A stretch of 64,000 bases of DNA from Spirochaetia bacterium (GTDB lineage Bacteria > Spirochaetota > Spirochaetia > SZUA-6 > Bin103). Below, piece after piece: positions 51,334 to 61,963 of the stretch. Numbering within the stretch: position 1 is the first letter of the stretch; each line of letters starts with the position of its first letter. Made by a program: the position numbers and the translations under genes. The stretch is taken from positions 2,016,001 to 2,080,000 of the forward strand of contig OZ241907.1 in the NCBI GenBank assembly GCA_965203515.1. Direction: 5' to 3'. The notes below the pieces were generated by a model. That model saw only the letters and a program-made list of their open reading frames with translations, ran no database searches and was not told where the DNA came from.

Positions 51334-54291
51334 ATGGCAGACCCTGAAACCGGCCCTGAGACCGTTTTGGCGCTCGCGTCCCAGGCGCCCGGGTTCGATG
51401 CGTTGCGCCCGCACCGCCCGGATCAGGCCGAAGCGGGCATCGACCGGCTGCGCGACACGGCTGCCCGCCAAGGGCGGGACGCGCTCGGCGCGGCGCTCGA
51501 CACGCAGGCCGGCAGGACCTTCTTCTCGTTCCTGTTCGGCAACAGCCCGCACCTGAGCCTCCTGCTGCAGCGCGACCCGGAGTTCACCCAGTCGCTCGTC
51601 GAGGAGACGCCGGACGCCCTCACCGATCGCGTGCGCGGCGAACTTGCCGGCGCGGACCCGGCCATGGACCGCGACCGGCTGATGACCTTCCTGCGCCGCC
51701 GGCGCAACCGCGTGGCCGTGATCGCCGCGGTGTACGACTGCTTCGGCATCCGCGGCGTCATGGATTGCGCGGAGCTGCTCTCCGACATGGCGGATCACGC
51801 GGTGCGTCTGACCGCGTCCCACCTGCTCCTCGACCGGGTCCAACGGGGCGACCTGGAGCCGCCGGCCGGGGAGCGGTGGGGATACTTCGTCCTGGCGATG
51901 GGCAAGCACGGCTCGCGCGAGCTGAACTACTCGTCCGACATCGACCTGATCGTCATGTACGACCCGGAAGCGGTCCGCTACACCGGCCGCAGGACCCTGA
52001 GCGACTGCTTCGTGCGCGTCACACAGGATCTGGTCCGCATCCTGCAGACCCGCACCGGCGACGGCTACGTCTTCCGCACCGACCTGCGGCTCCGCCCCGA
52101 TCCATCGTCGACCCCGGTCGCCATCACCGTCGACTTCGCCATGAATTACTACCAGCGCTTCGGGCGCACCTGGGAGCGGACCGCGCTGATCAAGGCCCGG
52201 CCGGTCGCCGGCGACCTGACGGCCGGCGCGGCGTTCATGGAACGGCTCTCGCCGTTCATCTGGGACGAGGGGCTGGACTTCACCTCGGTGGAGGAAATCC
52301 GCTCCATGAGCCAGCAGATCCACGACTTCCACGGCCATGGAGCGGTCCGGGCACCCGGCCATAACGTGAAGCTCGGCCGCGGCGGCATCCGCGAGATCGA
52401 GTTCTTCGTACACATGCATCAGTTGGCGTACGGGGGCCGCAACCGCCGCCTGCGCGGCCCTCGCCTCCTTGCCATGCTGGAGACGCTCGACCGCGAGCAC
52501 CACATCATGCCGCGCGAGACGGCCGCCCTGCGCGACTCGTACCTGCTGTTGCGGCGGGTCGAGCACCGCCTGCAGATGGTCAACGACGCCCAGACCCAGA
52601 AGCTTCCGGAGTCCGACGAAGGACTGGAGCACGTCGCCGCCTTCCTCGGGCTCGACTCGAAGGACGATCTGGTCGGCCGGATCGAGCGCACCGCCGCGGA
52701 GGTCCACGACCTCTATCGCACGCGGTTCAACCCCCCGGAGACCGAGCAGGACATCACGGCCGCGATCCTGGAGGGACCGGACGAGAATCCGGACGCGGTC
52801 GCCAAGCTGGAGGCGGCCGGATTCACGCAGGCGCTCACCGCCATCGAGACCTTCCGGGGATGGGCCGAAGGACGCCACGCGTCGACCGGCTCGGAACGGG
52901 CGCGCGCCATCATCCGGGAGATACTGCACGAGATCGTCGACGCCGTAGGCAAGACGCCCGACCCGGACCGCGCCCTGGACCGCATGGACCGCTTCCTGGC
53001 GACCCTGCCGGAGGACATCTCGTTCTTCTCCATGCTCAGGGCCAACACGTGGCTCCTCAACCTCATCGCCGTCGTGATGGGCAGCGCGCCGCGCATGGCC
53101 GATATCCTGGGAGCCAACCCGCGGCTCCTGCAGGCCGTGCTGGACCCCTCGTTCTTTCTGCCGCTCCCCGGCAGAGAGCGGTTGGCGCAGGACCTCGACG
53201 AGCGCCTGGAGGGCCGGCGGGATGCCGCGGCGCGGGTCGAGCAGGTGACCGCCTGGGCCGGCGACCGCCGGTTCCAGGTCGGCGTCCAGACGCTGCAGAA
53301 TCTCGTTACGGTCGACGAGGCGTCCACCTCTCTGTCGGACGTCGCCGCCGTGGTCATCGACGTGCTGTTCCGCGATGCGATCGCCGGGTTGCAGGAGCGT
53401 CACGGGCCGGCGCCGGGCGGCGGCTGCGCGGTGGTGGCCCTGGGCAAGCTCGGCGCCGCCGAGATGACGTTCGAGTCCGACCTGGACCTGCGGTTCGTGG
53501 CCGAACTCGGCGCGGACGGACAGACCGCCGGCCCGCAGCCGATCGACGCGCGGAGCTTCTACCGGCGCGCGGCCGGGGAGCTGGTCGCGCACCTGCGGAG
53601 CCGCTCCACGTACGGCCAGCTCTATGAGGTGACGAGCGCCGGCGCCCCTCCGGGCGGCGGCGAGCCGGCCGTCGACACCCTCGACGAGTTCCGCGACCGC
53701 TACGCCGCGGCGCCGACCCCGGACCTGATGGCGCTGACGCGGGCCGGCGTCCTGTGCGGCGACGCGGCCGCGGTCGAAGCGGTTGCGGCCGCAATCAAGG
53801 GAGCGCTCGCCCGCTCCCGGGATCCCGGACCGTTGCTGCAGGAGGTGGCCGGCCGGCGAGCGGAGACCGCCGCCGCGCATCGATCCGGCGATCCGTTCGA
53901 TCTGCAGCACGCGCACGGGGGCTTGGCGGACCTGGAGTCCTGCGCCCAATACCTGCAACTGCGGCACGCGCACGAGTCCCCGCAGGTGCTGGCGCGAGCG
54001 ACGGCGGCCTGCTTCGAGGCGCTGGGCAGCGCCGGCGTCCTGCCGGAAGACGAGGCGCGTCTCCTGGCCGCGGCGGTGCGGATGCAGCGCACCCTGCAGG
54101 CGATGCTCCGCCTGACGTGGCGCCGGGACGCTCCGGTGCGGGACGCCCCGGAACCGTTGCGACAGAAGCTGGCCGCAGCCCTCGAATGCGACCGGTTCAA
54201 GGCGCTGGAGGCAAAGCTGCGCGGCACGCAGGCGGCGGCGTTCAAGGTCTTCCGGCGCCGCGTCGGCCCGCCGGCAACGCCGGAAGCCTGA
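51334..54291 (+). CDS. glnE: Bifunctional glutamine synthetase adenylyltransferase/deadenylylase
   Basis: MGKHGSRELNYSSDIDL, FRTDLRLRPDP, KLGRGGIREIEF; second GKLG..SDLD domain. Confidence 0.9.
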   Translation: MADPETGPETVLALASQAPGFDALRPHRPDQAEAGIDRLRDTAARQGRDALGAALDTQAGRTFFSFLFGNSPHLSLLLQRDPEFTQSLVEETPDALTDRVRGELAGADPAMDRDRLMTFLRRRRNRVAVIAAVYDCFGIRGVMDCAELLSDMADHAVRLTASHLLLDRVQRGDLEPPAGERWGYFVLAMGKHGSRELNYSSDIDLIVMYDPEAVRYTGRRTLSDCFVRVTQDLVRILQTRTGDGYVFRTDLRLRPDPSSTPVAITVDFAMNYYQRFGRTWERTALIKARPVAGDLTAGAAFMERLSPFIWDEGLDFTSVEEIRSMSQQIHDFHGHGAVRAPGHNVKLGRGGIREIEFFVHMHQLAYGGRNRRLRGPRLLAMLETLDREHHIMPRETAALRDSYLLLRRVEHRLQMVNDAQTQKLPESDEGLEHVAAFLGLDSKDDLVGRIERTAAEVHDLYRTRFNPPETEQDITAAILEGPDENPDAVAKLEAAGFTQALTAIETFRGWAEGRHASTGSERARAIIREILHEIVDAVGKTPDPDRALDRMDRFLATLPEDISFFSMLRANTWLLNLIAVVMGSAPRMADILGANPRLLQAVLDPSFFLPLPGRERLAQDLDERLEGRRDAAARVEQVTAWAGDRRFQVGVQTLQNLVTVDEASTSLSDVAAVVIDVLFRDAIAGLQERHGPAPGGGCAVVALGKLGAAEMTFESDLDLRFVAELGADGQTAGPQPIDARSFYRRAAGELVAHLRSRSTYGQLYEVTSAGAPPGGGEPAVDTLDEFRDRYAAAPTPDLMALTRAGVLCGDAAAVEAVAAAIKGALARSRDPGPLLQEVAGRRAETAAAHRSGDPFDLQHAHGGLADLESCAQYLQLRHAHESPQVLARATAACFEALGSAGVLPEDEARLLAAAVRMQRTLQAMLRLTWRRDAPVRDAPEPLRQKLAAALECDRFKALEAKLRGTQAAAFKVFRRRVGPPATPEA

Positions 54292-54324
54292 CCGCCGGGG
54301 CCGCTCGCCTCAAAACCCGGCCGA

Positions 54325-55140
54325 TCAGACCGGCGCCGCTTCCGTTCCCGCGAAGCTCGGCAGCCGGCCCGCCAGAGCGCGCATGCGTGCGCTGGGGTGA
54401 CGCGCCAGCGACTCGTTGGCGGCGCGTATGCCGCGTTCACGGCGCACCACGGCGCGGTGACGCTCGGTGCGGGGCATGGAGACGAACTTGAGAATGATCG
54501 CCCGCCGCGGCCGGACCTTTCCGTAGACCGAGTGAAACAGCCAGTTGTTGAAGAACACCACGTCGCCCGGATCGGTCTCGATGGCATGGGCGGGAACGTC
54601 TGCGCCGCTCCGGCCGAAGTACCTGCGGCTGCCGCCGGGCGCGGACGCATCGTTGAACGGCAGCAGCGACTCGTGCAGCAGCGAGCGGTGCGACCCCGGG
54701 ATGACGCGCAGCGCACCGGTGTCCGCGCGCAACGGATCCAGATAGAGCATCACCTTGAGCCGGAACGGCGCCGTCTGCTCCGGGAGCCAGCCGCCGTCCG
54801 CGTGCCAGTCGTGATCGGCCAAGCTGTCGTCGAAGCTCCACATGCATTCGGAACCGGACCACAGCACGTCGTCGCCGAGCAGGTCGCAGACCGCCAGGTA
54901 GACGCGGTCGTCGGCGACCAGATCGGTCAGCGCGCGGCTTCGTTCCACGAACCGGGGCTTCCACACCACGTCGCCGCCGCCCGGAGCGTGGCCCAGGAAA
55001 TCCGCGCAGACCGACTCCAGTTCGCGGACCGCCGCGGCGACCTCGGCGGAGCCGAAGGCTCCCCGGCGTATCACGAACCCCAGCGCGTCGAACTGCGCGA
55101 CCTCATCCGTGGTGAGGAACCGCGGCGCGTGCCGTTCCAT
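54325..55140 (-). CDS. Phytanoyl-CoA dioxygenase (PhyH) family
   Basis: WHAD, VIPGSH, PGDVVFF..LFHS. Confidence 0.88.
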   Translation of the reverse strand: MERHAPRFLTTDEVAQFDALGFVIRRGAFGSAEVAAAVRELESVCADFLGHAPGGGDVVWKPRFVERSRALTDLVADDRVYLAVCDLLGDDVLWSGSECMWSFDDSLADHDWHADGGWLPEQTAPFRLKVMLYLDPLRADTGALRVIPGSHRSLLHESLLPFNDASAPGGSRRYFGRSGADVPAHAIETDPGDVVFFNNWLFHSVYGKVRPRRAIILKFVSMPRTERHRAVVRRERGIRAANESLARHPSARMRALAGRLPSFAGTEAAPV

Positions 55141-55151
55141 GCCGCAGTCTC

Positions 55152-55562
55152 TCACGCGGCGCCACCCCCGTGCTCGCGCCACGCCTGCCGGGCCGCTTCG
55201 AGCTGCTCCATCAGCACCCGCCGCGAGTGTTCGTCGGCGAACACCGGCGCGCGGGCGAAGTAGCGCAGCAGGTCGTCGATCCCCTTGAGCGACCGCCGCC
55301 GGGCCTGCGCCTCCAGCCGGGCGATGCGCCGCTCGATCGCCGCCGGCTCCGGACCGCCGGACGCCTGCAGCGCGTCGATCCGCTCGAAGTAGGGCCGGGT
55401 CCATGCCTCCGGCGCCTGGCCGGTGGTGGTGATGTATTCGGCGTGGTGATGCCGCTCGTCGATCACGCGGCCGAGCACCTTGCCGATGATCACCGCGCCC
55501 CAGCGGACGCCGAGCGTGAACAGGGCGACCACGGCCACGAAGGCGAGCAGGACCGGCAGCAT
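55152..55562 (-). CDS. Hypothetical protein with N-terminal TM segment
   Basis: MLPVLLAFVAVVALFTLGVRWG followed by a helical soluble domain. Confidence 0.6.
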   Translation of the reverse strand: MLPVLLAFVAVVALFTLGVRWGAVIIGKVLGRVIDERHHHAEYITTTGQAPEAWTRPYFERIDALQASGGPEPAAIERRIARLEAQARRRSLKGIDDLLRYFARAPVFADEHSRRVLMEQLEAARQAWREHGGGAA

Positions 55563-55631
55563 GGCGAGCCCTATCATAACCGGTCCGGCGGGTTGACCTG
55601 GACGCGCCGGCCGCGCACACTGAGGCATCCC

Positions 55632-56699
55632 GTGAAGAACGCCGACCAGACTCCGGTGCTGGAGCTCAAGGACCTCAGGACCCACTTCTCGCTCGATGAA
55701 GGCACCCTGAAGGCGGTCGACGGGGTCAGCCTGACCGTCCGTCAGGGCCAGACGCTCGGCATCATCGGCGAAAGCGGCTGCGGCAAGAGCGTGACGGCGC
55801 AGTCGGTACTGCGCATCGTCCCCACGCCGGGACGCATCGTGTCCGGTCAGATCCTGCTGCACCGCGACGGCGAGGAGTCGGTTGACCTGGCCGACATGGA
55901 CCCGTTCGGTCGATCGGTACGCGCCATCCGCGGCAAGGAGATCTCGATGATCTTCCAGGAGCCGATGACCAGCCTGTCGCCGGTGCACACGATCGGCAAT
56001 CAGATCGAGGAAGCGATCCTCCTGCACAAGACCGACGACAAGCGCGAAGCGCGCACGCAGGCGGTCGACATGCTCGACAGGGTCGGCATCCCGAACCCGT
56101 CGCAGCGCATCGACGAATATCCTCACCAGCTGTCCGGCGGCCTGCGCCAGCGCGCGATGATCGCCATGGCGCTCTCCTGCAATCCCAAGCTGCTGATCGC
56201 CGACGAGCCGACCACCGCCCTCGACGTCACCGTCCAGGCGCAGATCCTCGATCTGATGGCCCACCTCCAGGAAGAGTTCGGCATGGCGATCCTGTACATC
56301 ACCCACGATCTGGGCGTCATCGCCGAGATCGCCGCCGACGTCGCGGTGATGTATCTGGGGCGCGTGGTCGAGCACGCCGAGACCAGGGAGCTCTTTCGCA
56401 ACCCGCTCCACCCGTACACGCGGCTGCTGCTGAAGTCGATCCCGCGCATGGGCAAGGACGCCAAGAAGCGCCTGGAGGCGATCGAGGGCACCGTGCCGAT
56501 CCCGCTCGATCCGCCGCGCCAGTGCGGCTTCTTCAGCCGCTGTCCCGATGCGATCGCCGGCACCTGCGATCTGGAGGTGCCGGGCCTGGTCGAGGTGTCA
56601 CCCGGCCACTCGGTGCGCTGCTACCTGCACAGCGAACAGACGGAACCCCACATCGACCCGCCGGCGCAAACCCGGCGAGCGTCAGGAGCGGCGCGATGA
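55632..56699 (+). CDS. oppD: Oligopeptide/dipeptide ABC transporter ATP-binding protein
   Basis: [28 protein letters not shown]. Confidence 0.92.
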   Translation: MKNADQTPVLELKDLRTHFSLDEGTLKAVDGVSLTVRQGQTLGIIGESGCGKSVTAQSVLRIVPTPGRIVSGQILLHRDGEESVDLADMDPFGRSVRAIRGKEISMIFQEPMTSLSPVHTIGNQIEEAILLHKTDDKREARTQAVDMLDRVGIPNPSQRIDEYPHQLSGGLRQRAMIAMALSCNPKLLIADEPTTALDVTVQAQILDLMAHLQEEFGMAILYITHDLGVIAEIAADVAVMYLGRVVEHAETRELFRNPLHPYTRLLLKSIPRMGKDAKKRLEAIEGTVPIPLDPPRQCGFFSRCPDAIAGTCDLEVPGLVEVSPGHSVRCYLHSEQTEPHIDPPAQTRRASGAAR

Positions 56700-57775
56700 G
56701 CGATACCGACAGCCGCGGCAGCCCGGAGTCGGCTGCCGCCACCGGCGCACGACCGGCGGCGAACGGCGCCCGCCGGCTCCTGCAGGTCGACCAGCTGCGC
56801 AAGTACTTCCCGATCGAGAAGGGGTTTCTGCGCCGCGTCACCGGTCACGTCAAGGCGGTCGACCGGATCAATCTCTTCATCAACGAGGGGGAGACGCTCG
56901 GCCTGGTCGGCGAGTCCGGGTGCGGCAAGACGACTCTGGGCCGGTGCATCCTGCGCGCCATCGAGCCGACCGACGGCTCGATCAACTTCCAGTTCCAGGC
57001 ATCCGACGCGCCGGTCGACATCACCAAGCTCGACAAGAATCGGCTGCGGCAGATCCGGCGCCACATGCAGATGGTCTTCCAGGACCCGTACTCGTCGCTG
57101 GATCCGCGCATGACCGTGCTCGACATCGTCGCCGAGCCGATAGTCGCCAACAGTCTGGCGCGCGGCCGCGAGCTGGAGGAGCGGGTCAAGGAGCTGGTGC
57201 GCATCGTCGGCCTGGAAGTCAAGCACCTCAAGCGCTATCCGCACGCCTTCTCCGGCGGCCAGCGGCAGCGTATCGGCATCGCCCGCGCGCTCGCGCCGCA
57301 GCCGGAGTTCATCGTCTGCGACGAGGCGGTCTCCGCGCTCGACGTCTCGATCCAGGCGCAGATACTCAACCTGCTGGAGGACCTGCAGGCGGAGTTCAAC
57401 CTCACCTATCTGTTCATCGCCCACGACCTCAGCGTCATCGAGCACATCTCCGACCGGGTCGGCGTGATGTACGTCGGCAAGATGGTGGAGCTGGCCGAGA
57501 CCAACGAGCTGTTCGGCAACCCCAAGCATCCGTACACGGAAGCGCTGCTGTCAGCCGTGCCGCAACCGGACCCGGAGACGCACATGGACCGCATCATCCT
57601 GCCGGGAGAGGTGGCCAATCCCGCCGATCCGCCGTCCGGGTGCTACTTCCACCCGCGCTGCCTGTACGCCAAGGAGACCTGCCGCACCACGGAGCCGGCC
57701 TGGGAGGAGGTGGCGCCCAACCACTTTGCCGCCTGCCACTTCGCCAAGGAGCTTGCCCTCAAGGGCGTGCATTGA
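56696..57775 (+). CDS. oppF: Oligopeptide/dipeptide ABC transporter ATP-binding protein
   Basis: [32 protein letters not shown]. Confidence 0.92.
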   Translation: MSDTDSRGSPESAAATGARPAANGARRLLQVDQLRKYFPIEKGFLRRVTGHVKAVDRINLFINEGETLGLVGESGCGKTTLGRCILRAIEPTDGSINFQFQASDAPVDITKLDKNRLRQIRRHMQMVFQDPYSSLDPRMTVLDIVAEPIVANSLARGRELEERVKELVRIVGLEVKHLKRYPHAFSGGQRQRIGIARALAPQPEFIVCDEAVSALDVSIQAQILNLLEDLQAEFNLTYLFIAHDLSVIEHISDRVGVMYVGKMVELAETNELFGNPKHPYTEALLSAVPQPDPETHMDRIILPGEVANPADPPSGCYFHPRCLYAKETCRTTEPAWEEVAPNHFAACHFAKELALKGVH

Positions 57776-57806
57776 CGCGCGCATCCCGGTAGAACTCCCG
57801 TAGACG

Positions 57807-57839
57807 AAAAGAGAGCGGCGAAGACTCGCCGCTCTCTTT
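57807..57839. terminator. Bidirectional rho-independent terminator
   Basis: AAAAGAGAGCGGCG-AAGACT-CGCCGCTCTCTTT between convergent genes. Confidence 0.8.
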
Positions 57840-57902
57840 AATTCATCCGCCCTGCGGGCGCCGGAACGGCGCCGGGGTTGCGCGAGGGCTACTGCCCCAG
57901 CG

Positions 57903-59645
57903 CTACTGCCCCAGCGCCTCCTCGACCGAGATCAGGCCGGCCTTGAAGTCCGGAATGTTGTAGCTGAGCTTGTGCAGCTCATCCAGCAGGCGCTGCGCGC
58001 CGGCGTTCAGGTACTTCTCGACGTAGGCGTCCCACTCGGCGTCGACGTCGAAGTCGGCGTTGGTCATGGCCTTGAAGTAGAACTCGTCGCGGATCGTCCA
58101 GAGCGCGGCGGTCACCTCGCCGGCGATCGCCGTGTAGTCGGTCTGATTGAAGACGTCTTCCCGGTACGGCGGCAACGAGAATTGCTGGCCGGGGCCGGTG
58201 AAGTAGTGGTCGATCCACGCCTGATGGTCGTCATTCCGCGCGCGCGCGATCGCGTACCGGGCCGGAAAGGTCTGGTGCGTGAAGTAGTGGCCGCCGACGT
58301 TCTCGAACGTCCAGCCCTCCAGCGCCCGCCGGGGCGAGTTGGCCAGGGCGATCGGGCTGGAGCGATCGGGTTCGCCGTCCCACTCCCAATGCACGCCCTC
58401 CAGGCCGCCCGGACTCGACGCCAGGATGCGGCCCTCCGGGTCGAAGTTGACGTAGTCGTAGATCTGCAACAGACGCCGCAGCTTCTCATCCGACACGTTG
58501 CGGTTGACGGTATAGGCGACCACCCGGCTGCCGAACGGCAGCGCCGCGTTGTTGTACTTGGTGCGGTAGGTGCCGTTGTGGCTGAGGCCGGTAAAGGCCA
58601 TCCACTTGGCGCCGTCTTCGCGCACCGCGGTGTGTCCCTGTCCCTGGCCGGTGCCGTCGCCCCAGCTCCAACCGGTCGGGGCGCAGGTGGTGCAGATGCC
58701 GTAGACGCCGGAGGCGATGCGGTCCTTCGACTGCTGAAAGTTCACGGCCGGCAGCTCCTGGTCGATGTAACCCTCCGCGTACCACTTCTGCAGCCGCTTG
58801 GTCGCATCCCGGAAGCACGGACAGTTGCCGTCCATCACCAGCTCGCCGCCGTACGGGGGCACGGTGTCGCCGTCGTAGTCGTAGCTGGCCTTGTTGTTGA
58901 GCCCGTAGGCGTACAGGACCAGCGACCCGCGGAACATGAATGCCTGCGTCTGGTCGCCGGTGAACCCGTACGGGACCCGCACCCGGCCGTCGTCGAAGCC
59001 GAGCCGGTCGCGGAACGCCGCCAGCACCGACTCGAACTCGTCGATGTCGTAGACGTCGGGGGCCCAATAGAAGGTGTCGGGCTTGTTGTCCGGGCTCTGG
59101 TCGACCGTATCGAAGAAATCGGTCATGCCGACCCGTTCCAGCCAGTCGTAGCGCAGGTAGTGCTGGGCGCCGTTGCCCTCCTTGCCGAACTGCTGCTGGA
59201 AGCGCGGAATCGCCCAGTACTCGTCGGTCATGCCGGGGGCCAGGAAGTAGGCCCAGCCGGCCGCGCCGATCTCGTTCATGGCGTCGACGTAGTGCGGCAT
59301 CTCCTCTTCGATCATGCTGCGCGGAATGGAGCGGTAGGCGCCTTCCATGTACTTCTGATCGTGGAAGTTCCAGACGTACCAGGCATCCGGATGCTCGCCC
59401 GACGCCACCAGCAGATTGTGCTTCTCCCGATCGTTCTGGTGGTAGCGGATCGTGTCGATCTCGACGTTGAACCGCTCCTCCAGGAGCTGCTCGATCACCG
59501 TGTTCTCGCCGACGTTGGCCCCGCCGACGCCGGCCCAGGTAATCGGCATCGGCCCGCTGGCGGCCATCTCCGCCTCTCCGGCCGCGAACAGCGCGGCTGC
59601 CGGCAGCAGCAGTGCGAGCAGGACTATCGATAGCTTTCTCATCAT
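57903..59645 (-). CDS. ABC transporter extracellular solute-binding protein (orphan)
   Basis: AAAGGAG RBS, signal peptide MRKLSIVLLALLL; shares LEERFNV, LQIYDYVN and REDVFN with the SBP at 4610. Confidence 0.85.
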   Translation of the reverse strand: MMRKLSIVLLALLLPAAALFAAGEAEMAASGPMPITWAGVGGANVGENTVIEQLLEERFNVEIDTIRYHQNDREKHNLLVASGEHPDAWYVWNFHDQKYMEGAYRSIPRSMIEEEMPHYVDAMNEIGAAGWAYFLAPGMTDEYWAIPRFQQQFGKEGNGAQHYLRYDWLERVGMTDFFDTVDQSPDNKPDTFYWAPDVYDIDEFESVLAAFRDRLGFDDGRVRVPYGFTGDQTQAFMFRGSLVLYAYGLNNKASYDYDGDTVPPYGGELVMDGNCPCFRDATKRLQKWYAEGYIDQELPAVNFQQSKDRIASGVYGICTTCAPTGWSWGDGTGQGQGHTAVREDGAKWMAFTGLSHNGTYRTKYNNAALPFGSRVVAYTVNRNVSDEKLRRLLQIYDYVNFDPEGRILASSPGGLEGVHWEWDGEPDRSSPIALANSPRRALEGWTFENVGGHYFTHQTFPARYAIARARNDDHQAWIDHYFTGPGQQFSLPPYREDVFNQTDYTAIAGEVTAALWTIRDEFYFKAMTNADFDVDAEWDAYVEKYLNAGAQRLLDELHKLSYNIPDFKAGLISVEEALGQ

Positions 59646-59752
59646 CACTCCTTTGGTGCTGAATGGCCGGGACGCGGTCGGACCCGGCGATGTTGCCGCG
59701 ATCATACCCCCTGGCGCGCGCCGCGTCACCACCGGGCGACCCGCGCGGAGCG

Positions 59753-60826
59753 CTACAGGCGGCCGATCTCGGCCAGCGTCTCCCACAGGTCGAGCTGATC
59801 GACCGCATGGTGCCGGTAGACCCCGGCCCCGTCGGCGCCCGCTGCCAGCGCGCGGCGCGCTCCGGCCAGCAGCAGGCCCGGTTCCTGGAAGCTGCCGGCG
59901 TGGTAGCAGGAGAGCTCGACGTAGAGCGGCACGCGGCCGGCCGCCACGCGCGCGGCATGGCCGACGCGGCGTTCGACCGCGTCCGGGTCGCTCTCCGTGC
60001 GAAACCACAGGTAGAGCTCGTCGAGCACGCCCCGCTCCACCCAGGCCGGCCAGTCGAGCAGCCCGTGCAGGTACCGGTCCGCTTCGCGGGCGATGATGGT
60101 GGCCGAGAAGACCGCCCGCGAGGAGCGCGCCTTGACCAGCGCGCGCGCCTCGACCAGCGTCTCGGTCACGTAGCCGGCCCGGAACGCCAGCCACTCGGGG
60201 TCGTCGGCGGGAAGCCGGCGCGCGTCGCGGCCGGAGGCCTGCCGGAATTCCTCCACCGTGCGCTCCTCGTACCCGGCCGGCACCAGCCCGCCGGCGTCCT
60301 CCAGGCCGTTCACGAACTCCACCTGCACGCCGTCCGCGCCGGTATCGGCCAGCGCCCCGGCGATCTCCGCCGCCTGCCGTCGGCGCACTTCGGGAAACGC
60401 GGGGCTGAGGCACAGACGGTCGCAGAAGCTGAGCGTATCGGCGCCGTCGGCGGTCCTGGATCGGTACTCGGGGTGCGCGGCCGCGAACGGACCGATGCTC
60501 GGCTCGCCGCGGTGCGGGCCGACCAGGATCGGCCGGTGGCGGTCCAGGACCGCGCGCGCCGCCGGCGAGCGCGGGTCGATCCCCAGGTAGTTGAGCGACC
60601 ACGTGTATGAGACCGGCCGCTGGCCGTGCGTCGGGAACGGCGTACAGGCCACGTAGGGGTGGACCTCCAGGCCGCGGTTCCGCGCCAGGCGGACCACGTC
60701 GGGCGCGCGCGGGCCGATCAGCCGGGTAACGCCGGCATCGACCGCGCGATCGACGTAGTACGCAGCGCCCTCGCGGTCGATGATGCCCCACAAGGGGAGC
60801 GGCCGGCTCACCGCGCTTATCCGCAC
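59753..60826 (-). CDS. Putative glycoside hydrolase-like TIM barrel (GHL10/YddW-like)
   Basis: GLEVHPY, LSPAFPEVR, ADGVQVEF, WLAFR, DWPAWVERG; start may be 60811. Confidence 0.6.
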   Translation of the reverse strand: MRISAVSRPLPLWGIIDREGAAYYVDRAVDAGVTRLIGPRAPDVVRLARNRGLEVHPYVACTPFPTHGQRPVSYTWSLNYLGIDPRSPAARAVLDRHRPILVGPHRGEPSIGPFAAAHPEYRSRTADGADTLSFCDRLCLSPAFPEVRRRQAAEIAGALADTGADGVQVEFVNGLEDAGGLVPAGYEERTVEEFRQASGRDARRLPADDPEWLAFRAGYVTETLVEARALVKARSSRAVFSATIIAREADRYLHGLLDWPAWVERGVLDELYLWFRTESDPDAVERRVGHAARVAAGRVPLYVELSCYHAGSFQEPGLLLAGARRALAAGADGAGVYRHHAVDQLDLWETLAEIGRL

Positions 60827-60836
60827 ACGGCCCGCG

Positions 60837-61850
60837 CTATCCGCACACGGCGCGAAACACGCGCAGGTGGTTCAGCCCCAGCACGCCGCGGATGACCTGC
60901 TCGTCGTGGCCGCGGGCGGCCATCCCGGCGGTCAGAGCGGGGTATTCGCCGGCGTGCGGGACCACCGTGCCGCCGCCGTCGAAGTCCGATCCCAGACCCA
61001 CGTGCTCCGGCCCCGCCACCGCAAGCGCGTGATCGACGTGGTCGAGCAGCCGGTCCAGGTTCGGCTCGACGGCGGATACGAACTTGGGCACGAAGGTGAG
61101 CGCCACCACGCCGCCGGTGGCGGCCACCGCCTCGATCTGCCGGTCGTCCAGGTTGCGCGGATGGCTGCAGAGCGCGCGGCAGTTGCCGTGCGAGGCGATC
61201 AGCGGCCGATCGGTCTGGGCGATCACGTCCCAGAAGCCCGCGTCGTTGAGGTGGGATACGTCGACCAGGATGCCGAGCCGGTTCAACTCGCGCACCAGCG
61301 CCACGCCGTGGCTGGTGAGGCCACCGCTGGCCGGCTCGTCCGCGCCGGCGGCCGCCCACGACACCGGGTTGTGCGTAATCCCCACGGACCGCAGGCCGAG
61401 CGCGTGCAGGGCGGTCAGGATGTTGAGGCTCCGCTCCAGCCCGTCGGAGTCCTCCAAGGCCAGGATCGCCGCCACCGCCCCGTCCCGCTTCGCGGCCGTG
61501 ACGTCGTCTGCCGTACGCGCGATGCGGAAGCGGTCGTCCTGCGCCATCTCGGCCAGCAGGATGCCGAAGCCGTCCAGGGCGTACGCGGCATGGTTGTTCC
61601 AGGCGCGGGTAACGCAGACGGCGAAGAACGCGGCGTCGATGCCGCCGTCGCGCATGCGCTGCAGGTCGAGTTGCAGGCGCGCCCCTTCGGGCGGGCCGGG
61701 GAACGCTCCCCGAAGCTGCGCGATGGTGCCGGCGCCGGCGTGGCGCGTGGGCCGGACACCCAGTCCGCAGCCGCTCGACACGCTGGCCGCGATCGAGTCG
61801 TTGTGGCTGTCGATGACGAGCGCGTCGCCGTGCAGTGCCAACGGGTCCAT
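60837..61850 (-). CDS. Membrane dipeptidase (M19 family)
   Basis: IDSHND, LVDVSH, ASHGN, HPRNL, GLGSDFDG. Confidence 0.9.
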   Translation of the reverse strand: MDPLALHGDALVIDSHNDSIAASVSSGCGLGVRPTRHAGAGTIAQLRGAFPGPPEGARLQLDLQRMRDGGIDAAFFAVCVTRAWNNHAAYALDGFGILLAEMAQDDRFRIARTADDVTAAKRDGAVAAILALEDSDGLERSLNILTALHALGLRSVGITHNPVSWAAAGADEPASGGLTSHGVALVRELNRLGILVDVSHLNDAGFWDVIAQTDRPLIASHGNCRALCSHPRNLDDRQIEAVAATGGVVALTFVPKFVSAVEPNLDRLLDHVDHALAVAGPEHVGLGSDFDGGGTVVPHAGEYPALTAGMAARGHDEQVIRGVLGLNHLRVFRAVCG

Positions 61851-61963
61851 GCGCCGATGGTGCCCGGCCGGCCGGGTTTGTTCAAACCGGGGAGCCGGCG
61901 GCTCCGAGCCGCCTGCCCGGCCGCGCTTGCGGCGCGAACCGTGACGAACGATGCTCAGGCGGC

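Noticed and set aside
57903..60791. 962-aa ORF (and likewise the 888-aa ORF at 3761-6427) as giant proteins
   Set aside because: The N-terminal extensions overlap other genes; true starts have an RBS and signal peptide at 59645 and 4610.
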